Part shown: positions 52,459-64,000 of the stretch, piece by piece | Layout: each line of letters starts with the position of its first letter | How positions within the stretch are numbered: the stretch's first letter is position 1 | From: Microbotryum violaceum | Taxonomy: Eukaryota | NCBI GenBank assembly: GCA_001244265.2 | Contig: CDLV01000010.1 | Location: 186,001-250,000, forward strand | Reading direction: 5' to 3' | Length of the DNA stretch: 64,000 bases | Position numbers and translations under genes: made by a program | The notes under the pieces: model-generated | The model's database searches: none | Seen by the model: the letters and a program-made list of their open reading frames with translations, nothing else | What the model was told of the DNA's origin: nothing

Positions 52459-53167
52459 TAAAGAAATACCGGGCTGATCGAGTGCGTCCAGTGGACGATC
52501 CTGCAAAGGGCCTTCCTACCATTTAATCGTGCCCGATGAGGGCTTTACGCACTTGAGTACCTCTGTGTGATTCTCTAGTCAAGGCGTTCCCTTCTTCTCT
52601 CTCACATGGGTTCTGCTTCAGAGTCGGCGCGCCAGAACTTGCTGCTCTAGGCCTCCGAGTCCGATCTCACTGGCAGATGCTGCGACCCCCATCTCCTATT
52701 GCGGGTACTCACGGCAGGGCCGGGAGTATTAGGTGGACCACAGGTCTGGTCCGGAAGTGTATCCGAGTTAGACTCGGGGTCTTATAGATGTGCCTTACTG
52801 TGGTGTCTTAAAGCTTGCGTCATTCGTCACGGAGTGAAGGGGCCAGGGCTCGGCGAAGTTTGCACGAACATTCCAGAGCGGGAGGTCCGAGCTCATCGCC
52901 CCTACATTGGACCCTCAAATCTTGATTCGGCACGGGTCGCGCAGCATGCACCCACTCTCTTGCGCACGAGCACCATCTTGGATCCTGCACACTACCGTAC
53001 GACGCCTTCTTCAACTGTGTAACCGAACTGGCGTCTCCCATCGCTTACAGAATCGCTGGTCTCGCGTCTGTTCGCTCCAAGTCGTCAGCTACCAACAGAC
53101 GCGTGACGTGTGACATTGGCCGCGACGAACGCCGTCGCTTCTGCAGCAAGATTGCTCCGTCGAAACG

Positions 53168-55133
53168 ATGGCCGGCAGTCTGTCCAAGACTGGAGCGGTC
53201 CTGATTTTCATCGCCGTTCTTCTTGGTCAGTCATTTTCGCGTGGTTGTCGACTCGTCTGGACAGCGTTGACTGACCCCATCGGAGCTGACCCCCACCTCT
53301 TCTTCCCCACCCGATGGCAGCCTACACGTTGCAAACCGAGCTAGCCCAATATCTGCAACAAACAGCGGGGTACAAGAAGCCCTACTTTCTCTTCTACCTC
53401 ACGCACAGCGGGTACCTCCTCATCGCCCCCTTACACCTCGTCTCGCTACGCCTGTTGTCCATCCCAATCGAGGCCAACCTGCGAACCTTGGTCGCCATAC
53501 TCGAAGTTCATTTTGCCCCACCCGAACCCAGAACACCGACAACTCCGCTCCCTCTCCCTCCAACTCATCGACCGAGCTACTCGAGGTCCCTGTCCCGTGC
53601 AAGCTTACCCCCTTCTGCCGATGAAGCGCCTGATCGACCCGGTCCGGGGCGACGGAGAACGAGCATGAAGCGATTGCTCCATTCGTCGAAACCGAAGGGT
53701 TCTTCAGCCGGATGGATAGCTCGCTTGATTTCGACGGTGCTACTCTTGACGTTTTTGATCGCATTCCCTGCACTGAGCTGGTATGCTGCCGTTCCGTTGA
53801 CGTCGATGACGGGTCAGTCCCGAGTAAAGATTTCGATTCACGAAGCAGAATGAAGGCCACAGCTGATGACGCCCCACTCCTTCCGACACCGGCAGACATC
53901 ACTGCGATGTAGGTCTGGACCAAGCAAGCGTATCGCCACAGTCGTACTATAGCCGGTGCTCATCAACCCTCTCCCTGACCCAACTTTGAACCCTCGCAGC
54001 TACAACGTTTTCGCCTTTTGGGCTTACCTGCTCGCGATCAAGTTTCTCGGAGAGGAACCGTCCAAATCCAAGCTCATTAGCGTGCTCGTCGCCGTCTCAG
54101 GGGTCATGGTCATCGCTTATGTTCGTGCGGCCCCTCGAGAAGAGATTGTAGTCCTTTTTAACAGAACGGACAACTGAAGAGGGTAGAATCCGCTCACAGG
54201 GAGACTCCTTCTCAAGCCAGCCGAGCCGCGATCCCAAAGACGAGGAAAAGGCCAGCTCCCGATTGTTTGGCAATCTACTGGCTTTGTTTGGGAGTTTGGC
54301 CTATGCCTCTTATGAGGTGGGTTTCGAAGTTGGTAAAGTACTGTTCAAAGCAAGAGTGCTAACTCTGCATGTTCATTCCACAGGTCTGGTACAAGCTTCA
54401 CGTCGCGTTGCCGGATCCCGAGGGAGTCGATGACGAGGCGATCGAGGATGAGAATGAAGCTGAGGAGGAGGGCGAAGCTCTGCTGCCTTCGCCCGAGACA
54501 ACAGGAGACGAATCGCCTTACCCACCACCCCTACGACGAATCGCCTCTCACACACTCAGCATCTCCACCCCCATCACCACACCCCTCTCCAACCCCTCCA
54601 CCACTTCCTTCCTCCTCTACTCGAACCTCATCACCGCTCTAATTGGTTTCTTCACCTTCATCCTATTCTGGGTCCCGATCCCGATCTTGCATTACTACGG
54701 CTGGGAAGAATTTGTCGCACCACCTCGGACGACTTGGTTACCCATTCTCGCGACTGTCATTTGTGGCGTCATCTTCAACTCAGGTTTCATGCTCTTATTG
54801 TCACTTTGGGGCCCTGTCATCGCAGTAAGTCTTTCACCCTCAAGTCTTCCAAACTTATACGCTAATCGTAAAAGTCACTTCCTTCCTCGTCACAAGTCCG
54901 TCGGTAACCTCTGCACCCTCGTCCTCGTTGCTCTTGCAGATACGTTCGTGCCCACAGCTCCAGGATTATCCACCGCCAGTCTACTAGGTAGCAGTTTGAT
55001 CGTCGCCAGTTTCGCCGGATTGATCATCGGTGCCGCCAAGGCTCCTTTCGAGAAAGTGATCGAGGAAGGGTGGGATGAAGACGACGATGACAGGGGTCGT
55101 GCGACGAAGGATGCCCAAGAGGAGACGGTATGA
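53168..55133 (+). CDS. DMT/EamA-superfamily (SLC35F/Thi74-like) membrane transporter, multi-exon
   Basis: AYTLQTELAQYLQQTAGYKKPYFLFYLTHSGY, LSWYAAVPLTSMT|DITAI|YNVFAFWAYLL, GNLLALFGSLAYASYE|VWYK, and about ten hydrophobic helices. Confidence 0.85.
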
Positions 55134-55340
55134 TTCACGACGCCGGGATTGCCTCCTGTTTCGTCAGCTGTTCTTAGGCCGTTCCTGGGTTTTCCCTTTT
55201 CTTGTTTGTTATCTGGGATAATTAAACTTGTTGTATGATTTAAAAACACGTGATGTTGATTGACATTTGGGAGACACTGTCTAGCATTGCCCCCAGTCGA
55301 TTCGATATGGTGCTAGGGTACATCCGACGCATGCGCGCTG

Positions 55341-57289
55341 TCAAGGTGCCATCATCTCACGTTGTAAGAACAATGAAGGCTCGGAGTATCCAATATCCTT
55401 TTTGAAAAATAAAAGAGAAAGAGAAAGGTCCGGCCGAATCAACGCGAAGGAAACCATCAGCCCTCGTTCGAACGATTTAAACCCCCCTCTCCCCTTAAGT
55501 CCACAATCAACTCACGTTATGTTGACCCATCTCACTCTCAGCCCAAACGACCCTCCCCAAACCCTCCCCTCTCTCGAATCTCATCACCCTCCCCCAAGCG
55601 CCCCATTTCTCAATCTTGACCAACCCATCTCGTTCCAATTTCTTGAACCCTTTGTCGGAATCGAGTTTAAGGGCTAGAGCTTCTGCGGTTCGCGATGACG
55701 AAGAGTAAACGTTGGAATCCGAGTTGGTTTTATTCAAGTGGGGTGCAAGGAGTAAATTCGCGAGCGTTCGGGAATGTGAGAAAGGGATTATGGGGTCGTC
55801 GCGAGCTGAGAAGGGAGGGTAGAATCGACGTGCGTGAAATTCTTCTCTTCAGCTGCGTTGAGTGATGCGCCGGCTCGAACGCCGAAAGGACGTACCATGA
55901 AGAATCAAGATTGGGCACTTGATCTCCGAAATCACTTTGGAGGTATCGAAATGGGTCTTCAGTAGGCTTATGAAGGTCGTCATCAGGGATGGGAACGAGT
56001 TCAGTGGGGAAAGGATGGGGATGAAGTTGCCGAGGCGATAAGTCGACAAGAGGTCCGAGACGGATGAGAATGGGGATACGAGGACGAGGGCGTGGGGATG
56101 GATGCCTGGAACGAGAGAACGACCGAAGAATCAACTTCTGCTCCGTTTTATGTCCGGCTCATAAGAAGGAACATGGCGCTGACTTGCCTTGTCTAGCCAA
56201 GCGAGCGACCAAGCCCGAACTAACTCCTGTCCCCAACGATTGACCCATAATCGAAACCTTCTCCCCCGGCACCCCCTTGACCTCGGTCACATAATCCCAA
56301 ACGGTCCTAGCATCGATCAACAACCCCTCCTCGGTCGGGACCCCCGTCGAATCCCCGAAGCCTCGATAGTCGATGATGATGAAAGATTGGTCTTGTTCCG
56401 AGATGTGACGACCGATGCGAACTCGATTCGGGGCGGCGCGTGTGGCGGCGTTACCTGGGGGGGGTAATAGCGTTATTCATGTCAGATGATCTAGCTTTAG
56501 CGTATTTCTGGTCACTGGAAGACCGTACCGTGAAAGTAGATGCAAGTGGGGTAGGTCCTGTGACAACGTCGGCACATGGGGGCGGAAGGAGGTAAAGATT
56601 TAGTCCGGATACAGATGAGCATACCACCTTCATGCCCAGAATTGATCAAGTCTAGTCCTGGAACCCACTTGAAAGCCTGATCAAAAACTTCGTCCGGCAA
56701 CGCGCCCTCGTTCAACAGTTGAGGGTCTCGTCTGCGGTAGGTCTGGTACGCCGCTTCGGGGAGCACGTGCCAGACGCCGATCTTGTGGCCATCGGGGGTG
56801 ACGAGCTTGAAGTTGCGCACCTTGCCCGCTGTTGAGTGGTATGGTGGAATCAGATTAGGGTTTCCTTTTTTTTTTTAGAACATGGAATCTATTGATGCAC
56901 ATTTATGCGCCTCCAGCCTGTCGCTTGCAGGAACTCAGCAGCACGTTCGGCCGAGCTCAAGAGGGGCCCTCCTCAGCTGCTTAGAGCGACGACATCCTGA
57001 GAGAAGCGACTCACGGGCATAGCCGAACTGCTCCGGATGGTCAAAATCCGAAACGAGTCGTATCCGATGCAAGTAGACGAGGCTGCAATACCACAACGTA
57101 CTTTTCACGGGTCAGCAACTCAGTCGCCGAGCGCGTCCAAACCGACTTGTCGGCGATTGCGATCCCCGTTGGAGTGTGGACGGACGTTCTTTGTACGGCG
57201 GGGATGGTCAACAGCCCCAAGAGGACGGCATACGATCCAACTATCCCGGCGACGACGGTTGAAGCGACCTTGATCAGAGTGAAGGGCAT
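55341..57289 (-). CDS. Alpha/beta hydrolase, ABHD12/ABHD13-like, with an N-terminal TM anchor
   Basis: TPDGHKIGVWHVLP, IYFHG|NAATR, IDYRGFGDSTGVPTEEGL, nucleophile motif GQSLG, PILILHG and GQHN|DIGYSE. Confidence 0.88.
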
Positions 57290-57587
57290 TGTTGATGCAG
57301 GATCGTGGTGGACACTGGAGCTAAAAGGAGAAGCGCGGACGTGGAAGACGTGGCCGAACACTGGCTGAGACTGGCAGTAGACTGGCGGTGGACTGGCCGA
57401 ATCTGACGCCGGTCCGCGTCGTTCCAATGCCGCTCTCCCTCATTCTTCAATCTTTGCTCGTTTCAAACCCAAGTCCTACAAGAGAGCAGACCCTCCTCTC
57501 CATCTCAAAAAGTACGCCGCACAATTCATCTCAAAGTGAAGGTAACACTTTACCTGACACTGATCCGCCTCATCTGCTTTCCAGAAG

Positions 57588-59321
57588 ATGGCCCCAATGA
57601 TTGACGTGTACGTGACCTCGATCCTGTCGAGTGCCCAACTCCGCACCAAGCACGACCGCGTACAGCGCATCCTCGTATCCGCGCGAGTACCGTTTTCCAC
57701 TCATGATGTACGTTCATGTCCATAAACACCCCCTATTCGCACTGCACGACGTACTGACACGCCGTACGATGACGATCGGAATTCGCCCGTGACTCTCTGA
57801 ACGTGGCTTGGTCCTTGTCCTTTCTCTCTCTGTGTTCAGGTGGCGAGCAGCGAAGAAGCCAAGCTCAAATGGAAGCGCCGCAACAGGAATAATAACGAGC
57901 TACCTTGCATCATCGTCGATGGACAACCCGTAGGGGTCAGTAACGCTTCCCACACAACCCGGACTCCAGTCCATATCGCCTAGGGCGGCGCGTCGGAGGC
58001 TGACGCCTTCCTTCTTGCTGGTTGGACTCGCTCGTGTGGGGTCCCACTTGACCCACTTGCGTCGTTGGATCATTAGACGATCGAACAACTGGATGAGGCG
58101 TGAGTAAATTCCGGTCAAGACATAAACTCTTTCGGATGCGAATAACTGACTCGTCCATGTGTGGGTAGTGTTGAATTTGGTGAACTACGACAAGTAGGTC
58201 TACCACAGCGAATGCTGCCCGGCCGTCATGGCATCACTCCGGGGCTGACCCTTTCCCCCCCATTTGCATAGTTCCTCCGACTCGATGAACACACGAGCTC
58301 CACAACAACAGAAGGAACTCCACCTCCCCCACCTCCCTCGAGCGAAAAACCGAACAGCAACAGCCTCAAAGCGACCGTCGACGACTTTGCCTCTCTCTCC
58401 CTAACCGAAACCGAACTAGCCCAACTCTCCCAAGAACTCTCCTCGAACCAAACCTTCTCCCTACCCGAAGCCGAACCCCCTTCACTCACTTCCCGATCTT
58501 CGCATGGTTTCGCAACTCAAGTACATAATGTCATGCCTTTGAACTTGCATCGATCGGATAAAGATGCTGAAGGGAATCGAATCGAGTATCGACGGGTAGG
58601 GGATCATCAACGACCTTTGAGGATTGACGCGAATCAGGATTTATCAGTTTTGGATGGGGTCGAAGAGGTTGAATTGGAAAAATTGGCAAGGGAGTTGGAA
58701 ATGGAGGAAGAGGAGGAAAGGGCTCAACGAGTGGGGGGGAAGGGTACAGGGTTGGGAAAAGTGGAGGCACCTTCCCCTCCTCCGAAGGATGAGGTCCGTT
58801 TGCCTCCTTTACAGGTCGAGAAGGAGACACCTCCTACACCCAAGGAAGAGATTCGCAACCTAACGGAGAATTCCGAACCTTTGACTTTGACCAACTTCGT
58901 TCCCGTCGATAGCGTAGGAGGTGATGGTGGTGCCGGACTCTCTAAACCGCTAGACCAAGTACAGAAACTCGACCTTTCACCGGATCAAGTCGACGAACTC
59001 TTGTCAACGCAGGATAAAGAGAAGGAGGAGATTGAGGTGCTTCAACCTACCGAGTTGGAGAAAACTGCGCTTGAAGCGACCAAATTTAAGGAACAGCATG
59101 GTTCGGTGCAGGAAGAAGACGACTTGAACGGAACGGTAGGGGAAGAGGAGAAAGCGGAGCCCAAGAGCAGTAGAGATGAGGTCGACAAGTTGAAGAAGGA
59201 TTTGAAGGAAGGGAATACTGGTGATTTGAACAAGGTCGTAGAGTTGGAATTGGGTGTACCCAAGGAGGTGGCGGCGCAGGGCGAGACAGTACGTTCCGAC
59301 GAAGTGGAAAGCTCGGTGTGA
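57588..59321 (+). CDS. SH3BGR/glutaredoxin-like (thioredoxin-fold) protein with a long acidic tail
   Basis: MAPMIDVYVTSILSSAQLRTKHDR...HD|VASSEEAKLKWKRR...LPCIIVDGQPVG|TIEQLDEA|VEFGELRQ|FLRLD, followed by a Glu-rich tail. Confidence 0.8.
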
Positions 59322-59514
59322 GGATCGATATGTCACTTAGCCTTAATTCAGCCCATTTTGCAAGTCTCGTGGAGTTCGCGAGTCGAATCGATCTGGTTAA
59401 AATACATCGTTGTTCACATTGTTCCCATGATGGTGACTACCAGACCAAGCTACAATACATGAAAAGAAGAGGAAGGGAGAGGAAGGAGAGTCGTGGGCGA
59501 AAGATGCGCGGAGA

Positions 59515-61321
59515 TCACGAAGTGTCTGAAAGTAGTGGAAGCACGTGCGCCGTGAGTCTGAGTACATTACATTTCAATAAAGTCCCTTAAAGACTCACAA
59601 AAGTAGTAGTCGTCGACCAAGGGCGTGTAATCATGCACGACGGTCGAGACGAACCCAATCAAAGGCTTGGCCTCGAACTTGTCCGCAAACGCCAACAATC
59701 GCGGTCTGCGATCAGAAAGTCCATCGGACAGGTCAGCTTCCGCGGTTTCGTTGATTTGATCGGATCGTGAGCTACTGACTTGGTCCAAATTTCCCAAACG
59801 GGTCCTCGGAGGAGGTACCACCAGAACGCATTGGCCCGCTTCTTGGTCTCGGCCTTTTCCAATTCCGACGGCGCGTGGGGCAACATCGGACCCGAGACCT
59901 TGGTGCCCGCCTGTTGTCGCGTGGATGATTTGCGCAAGGAGAAGGCTAGGTATTCGAGTGCGAGGGAGAGGAGGTAGGGCAAGGTGTGTCGTCGGCCGTA
60001 TTTGCGCATGGCGAGGACTGCAGGGACAAGGAAGGAATGCCGAGACCGACGTTAGGCAAGATGATCCACGACTACGGTTTGAATGATGCTCTCGTACTCA
60101 CCATAGATCAGGGGACGAAGGATCCAAATCACTTCAGCCAATCGGCCGAGCCCTTTGGTCTTGCCGACCAAATCCTCCGGTTTTTTGACATCCTCGACCG
60201 TCAAGACCCGAGTCATCAGATAATCCTTCACCGCATCCTTTCCCTTTGCAATCGAGGTTCCCGGTAAAGGATCATCCTCATCGACCTCACCGCGAAGATG
60301 GGCGATCGTCGACCTCGTGACGCCCGTCCGTGGGCCGGTCCAATAATCGAGCGGTTTCTCGGGATCCTCGTCCTGTTCGGGATTGGTGCCATCTTGGCCA
60401 TTTTTGCCCAACAGGACGTCAGCTGCAGAGCGAGGATGATCCTTAGTCGCCTCGAACGAGATGCGTGGGTTTAACGAACTACGGACGAGATGGGGTCGAT
60501 GCAGGTCCAAGACGGAAGGATCAATCTCCCTCTCGGCGATGGGTGGATTGACCGCCGATCTGCCCTGGGTCGTACGCATCAAGCCGAGTCGAAGGGCCGC
60601 CTTGGTCGCTTCGATCGCGATGACGGCTTGCTCGGCTTGTTTTCGACCTACACGCTTCCTGATACCCATCTCGAGGAGCAACTCCGAGTAGCTGAGCAGG
60701 CAGAGGAGGCGCGCGAGGAGGTGATAAGTCGACGAGGTCTGGACGTAGTGGCGCGTGTACCTTGCGTGCAACGACGATGGCGGTCGGACAGGGGAAGGAA
60801 GGCCGGAGACGGTACGTAGGAGGACCGAATCATGGTAGGCTCCCAAAACGTTGAGCACCGTGTAGACTGTTGAGGGGGCGACGCAGACGCAATCCGAAGC
60901 CCGTGGGTCAGTTCGGTACACTCGGGCTCAAGCGCGGGGCAAGGGAAAGGAAGGGAGCAACTGACGAGCTTCCGATGCAAGTTCACTGTCTTGGAATCGA
61001 CCTGTGGTTACGAGGATGATTTCACGTCAGATATCAGGTACCAGGGTTCGTGCGGTGGCGACTCTGGCCGGTGGGACGGATAGCAGCCTCTAGGTAGGTG
61101 CTCGCCGAGTTGGTCGGACCGCCGGTTGTGGACTTACCCGGCAAGAACCAAGTGAGCGAGCGCAGCGACGACTCGATTGACGAGATGCGCGTCGCTTTGC
61201 TGATGATGAGGTTCTCGTCTGGTGCAGTCAGGGCCATGAACAATATCAGTGTCGTTCCTCTTGATTTACTCGAGGTCGACAAAGGCTACTTACATCGCTG
61301 TATCGCAGAGGAGATGGCCAT
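59515..61321 (-). CDS. PEX16: Peroxisomal biogenesis factor Pex16
   Basis: YENLIISKATRISSIESSLRSLTWFLPG|RFQDSELASEA, HARYTRHY, YSELLLEM, IEATKAALRL, LAEVIWILRPLIY, WWYLLRGPVW, DYTPLVDDYYF|YTS*. Confidence 0.9.
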
Positions 61322-62018
61322 GACGACCACGACCGCGACCGAGTTGCTGCGTCGGCGTGTACGACCTTGGCTGTGTGGGGACGTACGCCAGGTTTCCACG
61401 GGTCAAAAGAAGCTTGGGTGAGCTTGCACAGAATGTGGGCTAAAGAGTGCGCTGTGTGACTCGGTCTCGATCGCAAAGTGCAAAGTGCAAGGTGCAAGGT
61501 GGGAGAGCTGTGGGGCAATCCGGCCGGCCGCGGTTGTCGCCTGGGATGGCCCGGATGGGACACCCGCCGGCACGGCGCTATGCACCTCCGAGTCATGAAT
61601 GAGTATTCCAAAGCACGTGCAGCAGGCAAAGTCACGAGATTTCTATCCACCTTTCAAGCCTAGCTGCTGTGAGAGCATGTCCATCACAGGACCGTCGACT
61701 CCTGAGTCGATTATTATGGAAATCCTTTTGCGAGGAGACTTCAAGCCGAAAATCATGCTGCTCTATGCGAGACGGCCCTAGTTTAGGAAGATGTACCTTG
61801 ATGATAAGGCACAGTTAAACGAATGTGGCGCCAAGTTTCTAGCCCGCTGACCCCCCTGTCTTTGAAATCTACATTAGTAATTGGAGCTCGTCCTTAGCAA
61901 CTGGAATGAATTGCATAAGCCCCCGAGATTTTCTGCGCCCGCAGTGTCGGCGCTCGCCCGCGCTGTGAACGACGTCCTCCTGCACATCCCCCCCCTACGC
62001 ACCTCCATCCAACGCACC

Positions 62019-63926
62019 ATGGCACCCAAACGATTGGCAGATATCGCCGCCCCCGCGCCCGAGGTCGTGGCTGAACCAGTAGCCGAGATCAAGAAGGAGT
62101 CGGCCAAGCAGCGCGCCAGGATCGACAAAGGGCTCGCAGAGACTCGCGTCGAGAGCGTGACCGTCGATGGACTGGTACGTTCCTACCACTAGGTGCCTAC
62201 GGTGGGCTATTGGACATGCAGGACGATGCAAAGTATATGAGGGTGTCTGCGATGCGGTGCTTGGGTTGCCGTGGGCTGGCCCAGCGTCGTTGTGCTGGCT
62301 GCTTCGTGCATGCGCGACCATCGCTGCAGGCTGTCCGCGAAGCTGTTGGCGGTGAGCGTGAGCGGTGCGACACTCGTCACCCGCACAAACACCAAACACA
62401 CCAGCGCATGCCTAGTCCGAACCTCTTGCATCACCTCCACCAGTCTAGACGATCCAGATCTGTTGGCCTTGGTTTCCAGAATGCTGACACCCATGCTCCA
62501 TCGTACAACTCCTGCGCTCGTCCCCGAATGCGCACCCTACCCACGTCACAGACCTTGATGAAGATCATCAAGCACGCCCGAGAGGCCCACCAGGTCATCC
62601 CCGCTCCCCAGGGTACCTCGAACGCGACCGTTTCCTTTTCCCCCGCGGTCGGCCAATTGCTCGGCATCGATTCCGAAGGCTCGCTCCGGGTCAGCAACGC
62701 GTTCGCCCTTCCCGCAGGTGCTCTCGGTGGTTCTTCGTCTGACTCGGAGGGTGAGAACCGGGGTTTAAAAGCTGGTCAGTACGAAAAATTTCTCTAGGCG
62801 GAATATCCCAGCGTACTAAATAGAACTACTCGACCATGGCTACTCTCAGCGACCAAGTACTCCGCGGCCGTGCTCAGCCGGATGATTGATCTCAACGCCG
62901 ACGGATCGATCGTCGGGTTCTACACCTCCACCAACAACGGCCAGACCCTCGCCATCTCCGGCTTCGTCGAGGCCCTCATTGGCGCCCAGATGACCGGTGG
63001 TGGTGTGGGTTCCGGTCTCGGCAAGGCGACGCCCGTCGGACGTGCCGCCGCGACCAAGACGAATCTCGTACCGGGTCAGGGTGCCAAGAACGGGAAGGGA
63101 ATCGCTTTGGTTTACGGTGAGACGCTTTTGAGTAAGCCGGTTGATTCAATTTCCGAAGGCTGATCTTTGTGAACCGCAATTGTCAACAGATGTCGCGAGT
63201 GCCGCACAGGGTCACGTCGGCTTGAAGGCTTACCGATTATCCGCTGCTTTCGTCGAGGCATACCGAGCGGGCAAATTCGACACACAGAGGTGAGCAGCCC
63301 AAGAGTTTACCTGGAATTGATTTTTGAGGATCCTGACCATCTTTTCTTCTCCCCCGTTCGTACTTTGCAGCCTCATCGACCATAAGCTAGTCCCTTCCAA
63401 CATCCTCGAAGAGGTACCCGTGACTGTGCACTCTTCGTCGCTCTTGACCGCCTTCCTATCGACTCTCGTGACTCCTTCCTCCTCCTCAGCGAATGGCGCA
63501 AGTCAATCGTCCTCCGTGCCGCTGGACCCACTGACGACCTACTCGCAACTGTCACTGCCGACCTCTTCCACCTCTTCGAATCCTTCGCCTCTGACGACAC
63601 CTCTGACAGCTTTACTCTCGGCCCTCGAAACGCACCAAGCGCACCTCTCTACGCTCTCGTTCCAATCCCGTCAACTAGGACGCGATCGAGCTCGCTTAGA
63701 ATCGAACCCTGCCGTCGTTCGTCGTCGAATCGAAAACGAACAACGCGCCAAGGAAGGTTTACCCGCTTTAGCTTTATTACCGGAGGAATTGGCTTTACAG
63801 GAACCGAGTAGGTTGGAAACGATGTGCGCTTTGAACGCCGTACAAGGTGCGGTTAAGGTTTTGAATCAGGCGACCGGAACGGGTTTGGTTAGGAGTTATG
63901 GTGCCAAGGCTGGAACGGTGGGTTGA
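62019..63926 (+). CDS. EIF3H: Eukaryotic translation initiation factor 3 subunit H (MPN domain)
   Basis: VESVTVDGL|TLMKIIKHARE, GQLLGID...VSNAFALP, NADGSIVGFYTST, GIALVYD, LKAYRLSAAF, ILEEVPVTVHSS, RRRIENEQR...EPSRLE. Confidence 0.9.
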
Positions 63927-63957
63927 GAAGCAAGTCGGGGTTTACTGAAAGGTATGC

Positions 63958-63989
<32 letters not shown>

Positions 63990-63993
63990 GTGT
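63958..63993. repeat. (GT)n dinucleotide microsatellite
   Basis: gtgtgtgt... with one C interruption, downstream of the eIF3h stop. Confidence 0.95.
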
Positions 63994-64000
63994 AAAAGAG

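Noticed and set aside
52000..53320. TPP riboswitch upstream of, or inside, the Thi74-like transporter gene
   Set aside because: The conserved CUGAGA and UGAU...GAUAAU...CAGCG aptamer elements were not found.

Overview
Eukaryotic, intron-rich fungal genomic DNA with short GT-AG introns and CTRAC branch points. The gene set and intron style point to a basidiomycete, plausibly a Pucciniomycotina/Microbotryomycetes yeast; that taxonomy is inference. About 25 densely packed protein genes can be reconstructed by hand: BUD20 (partial), DCC1, a secreted M43 metalloprotease, CDK8/SSN3, pyruvate kinase, an intronless orphan, HSE1, a beta-lactamase-fold hydrolase pseudogene, an SDR, a divergent histone H3/H4 pair, a PPR protein, a divergent ubiquitin-S27a/RPL37 pair, a VPS9-domain protein, THP3-like, an F-box-like protein, KEI1, SEN2, dynein intermediate chain, a 4E-T-like eIF4E-binding protein, a GaaA-like oxidoreductase, a DMT transporter, an ABHD12-like hydrolase, an SH3BGR-like protein, PEX16 and eIF3h. 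I saw no tRNA, rRNA, CRISPR array or intact transposon. The most interesting signals are: (1) repeated C-rich-then-G-rich compositional blocks of a few hundred bp running through many coding sequences on either strand; (2) three genes whose start codon is split A|TG by an intron; (3) a repeated CCTA-NN-TCGAG(G) motif in the H3/H4 bidirectional promoter that also occurs upstream of DCC1; (4) a 4E-T-like protein recognisable only from short linear motifs; (5) an M43 protease with an extra Gly in its zinc-binding motif. Exon boundaries are manual predictions and no database search was run.
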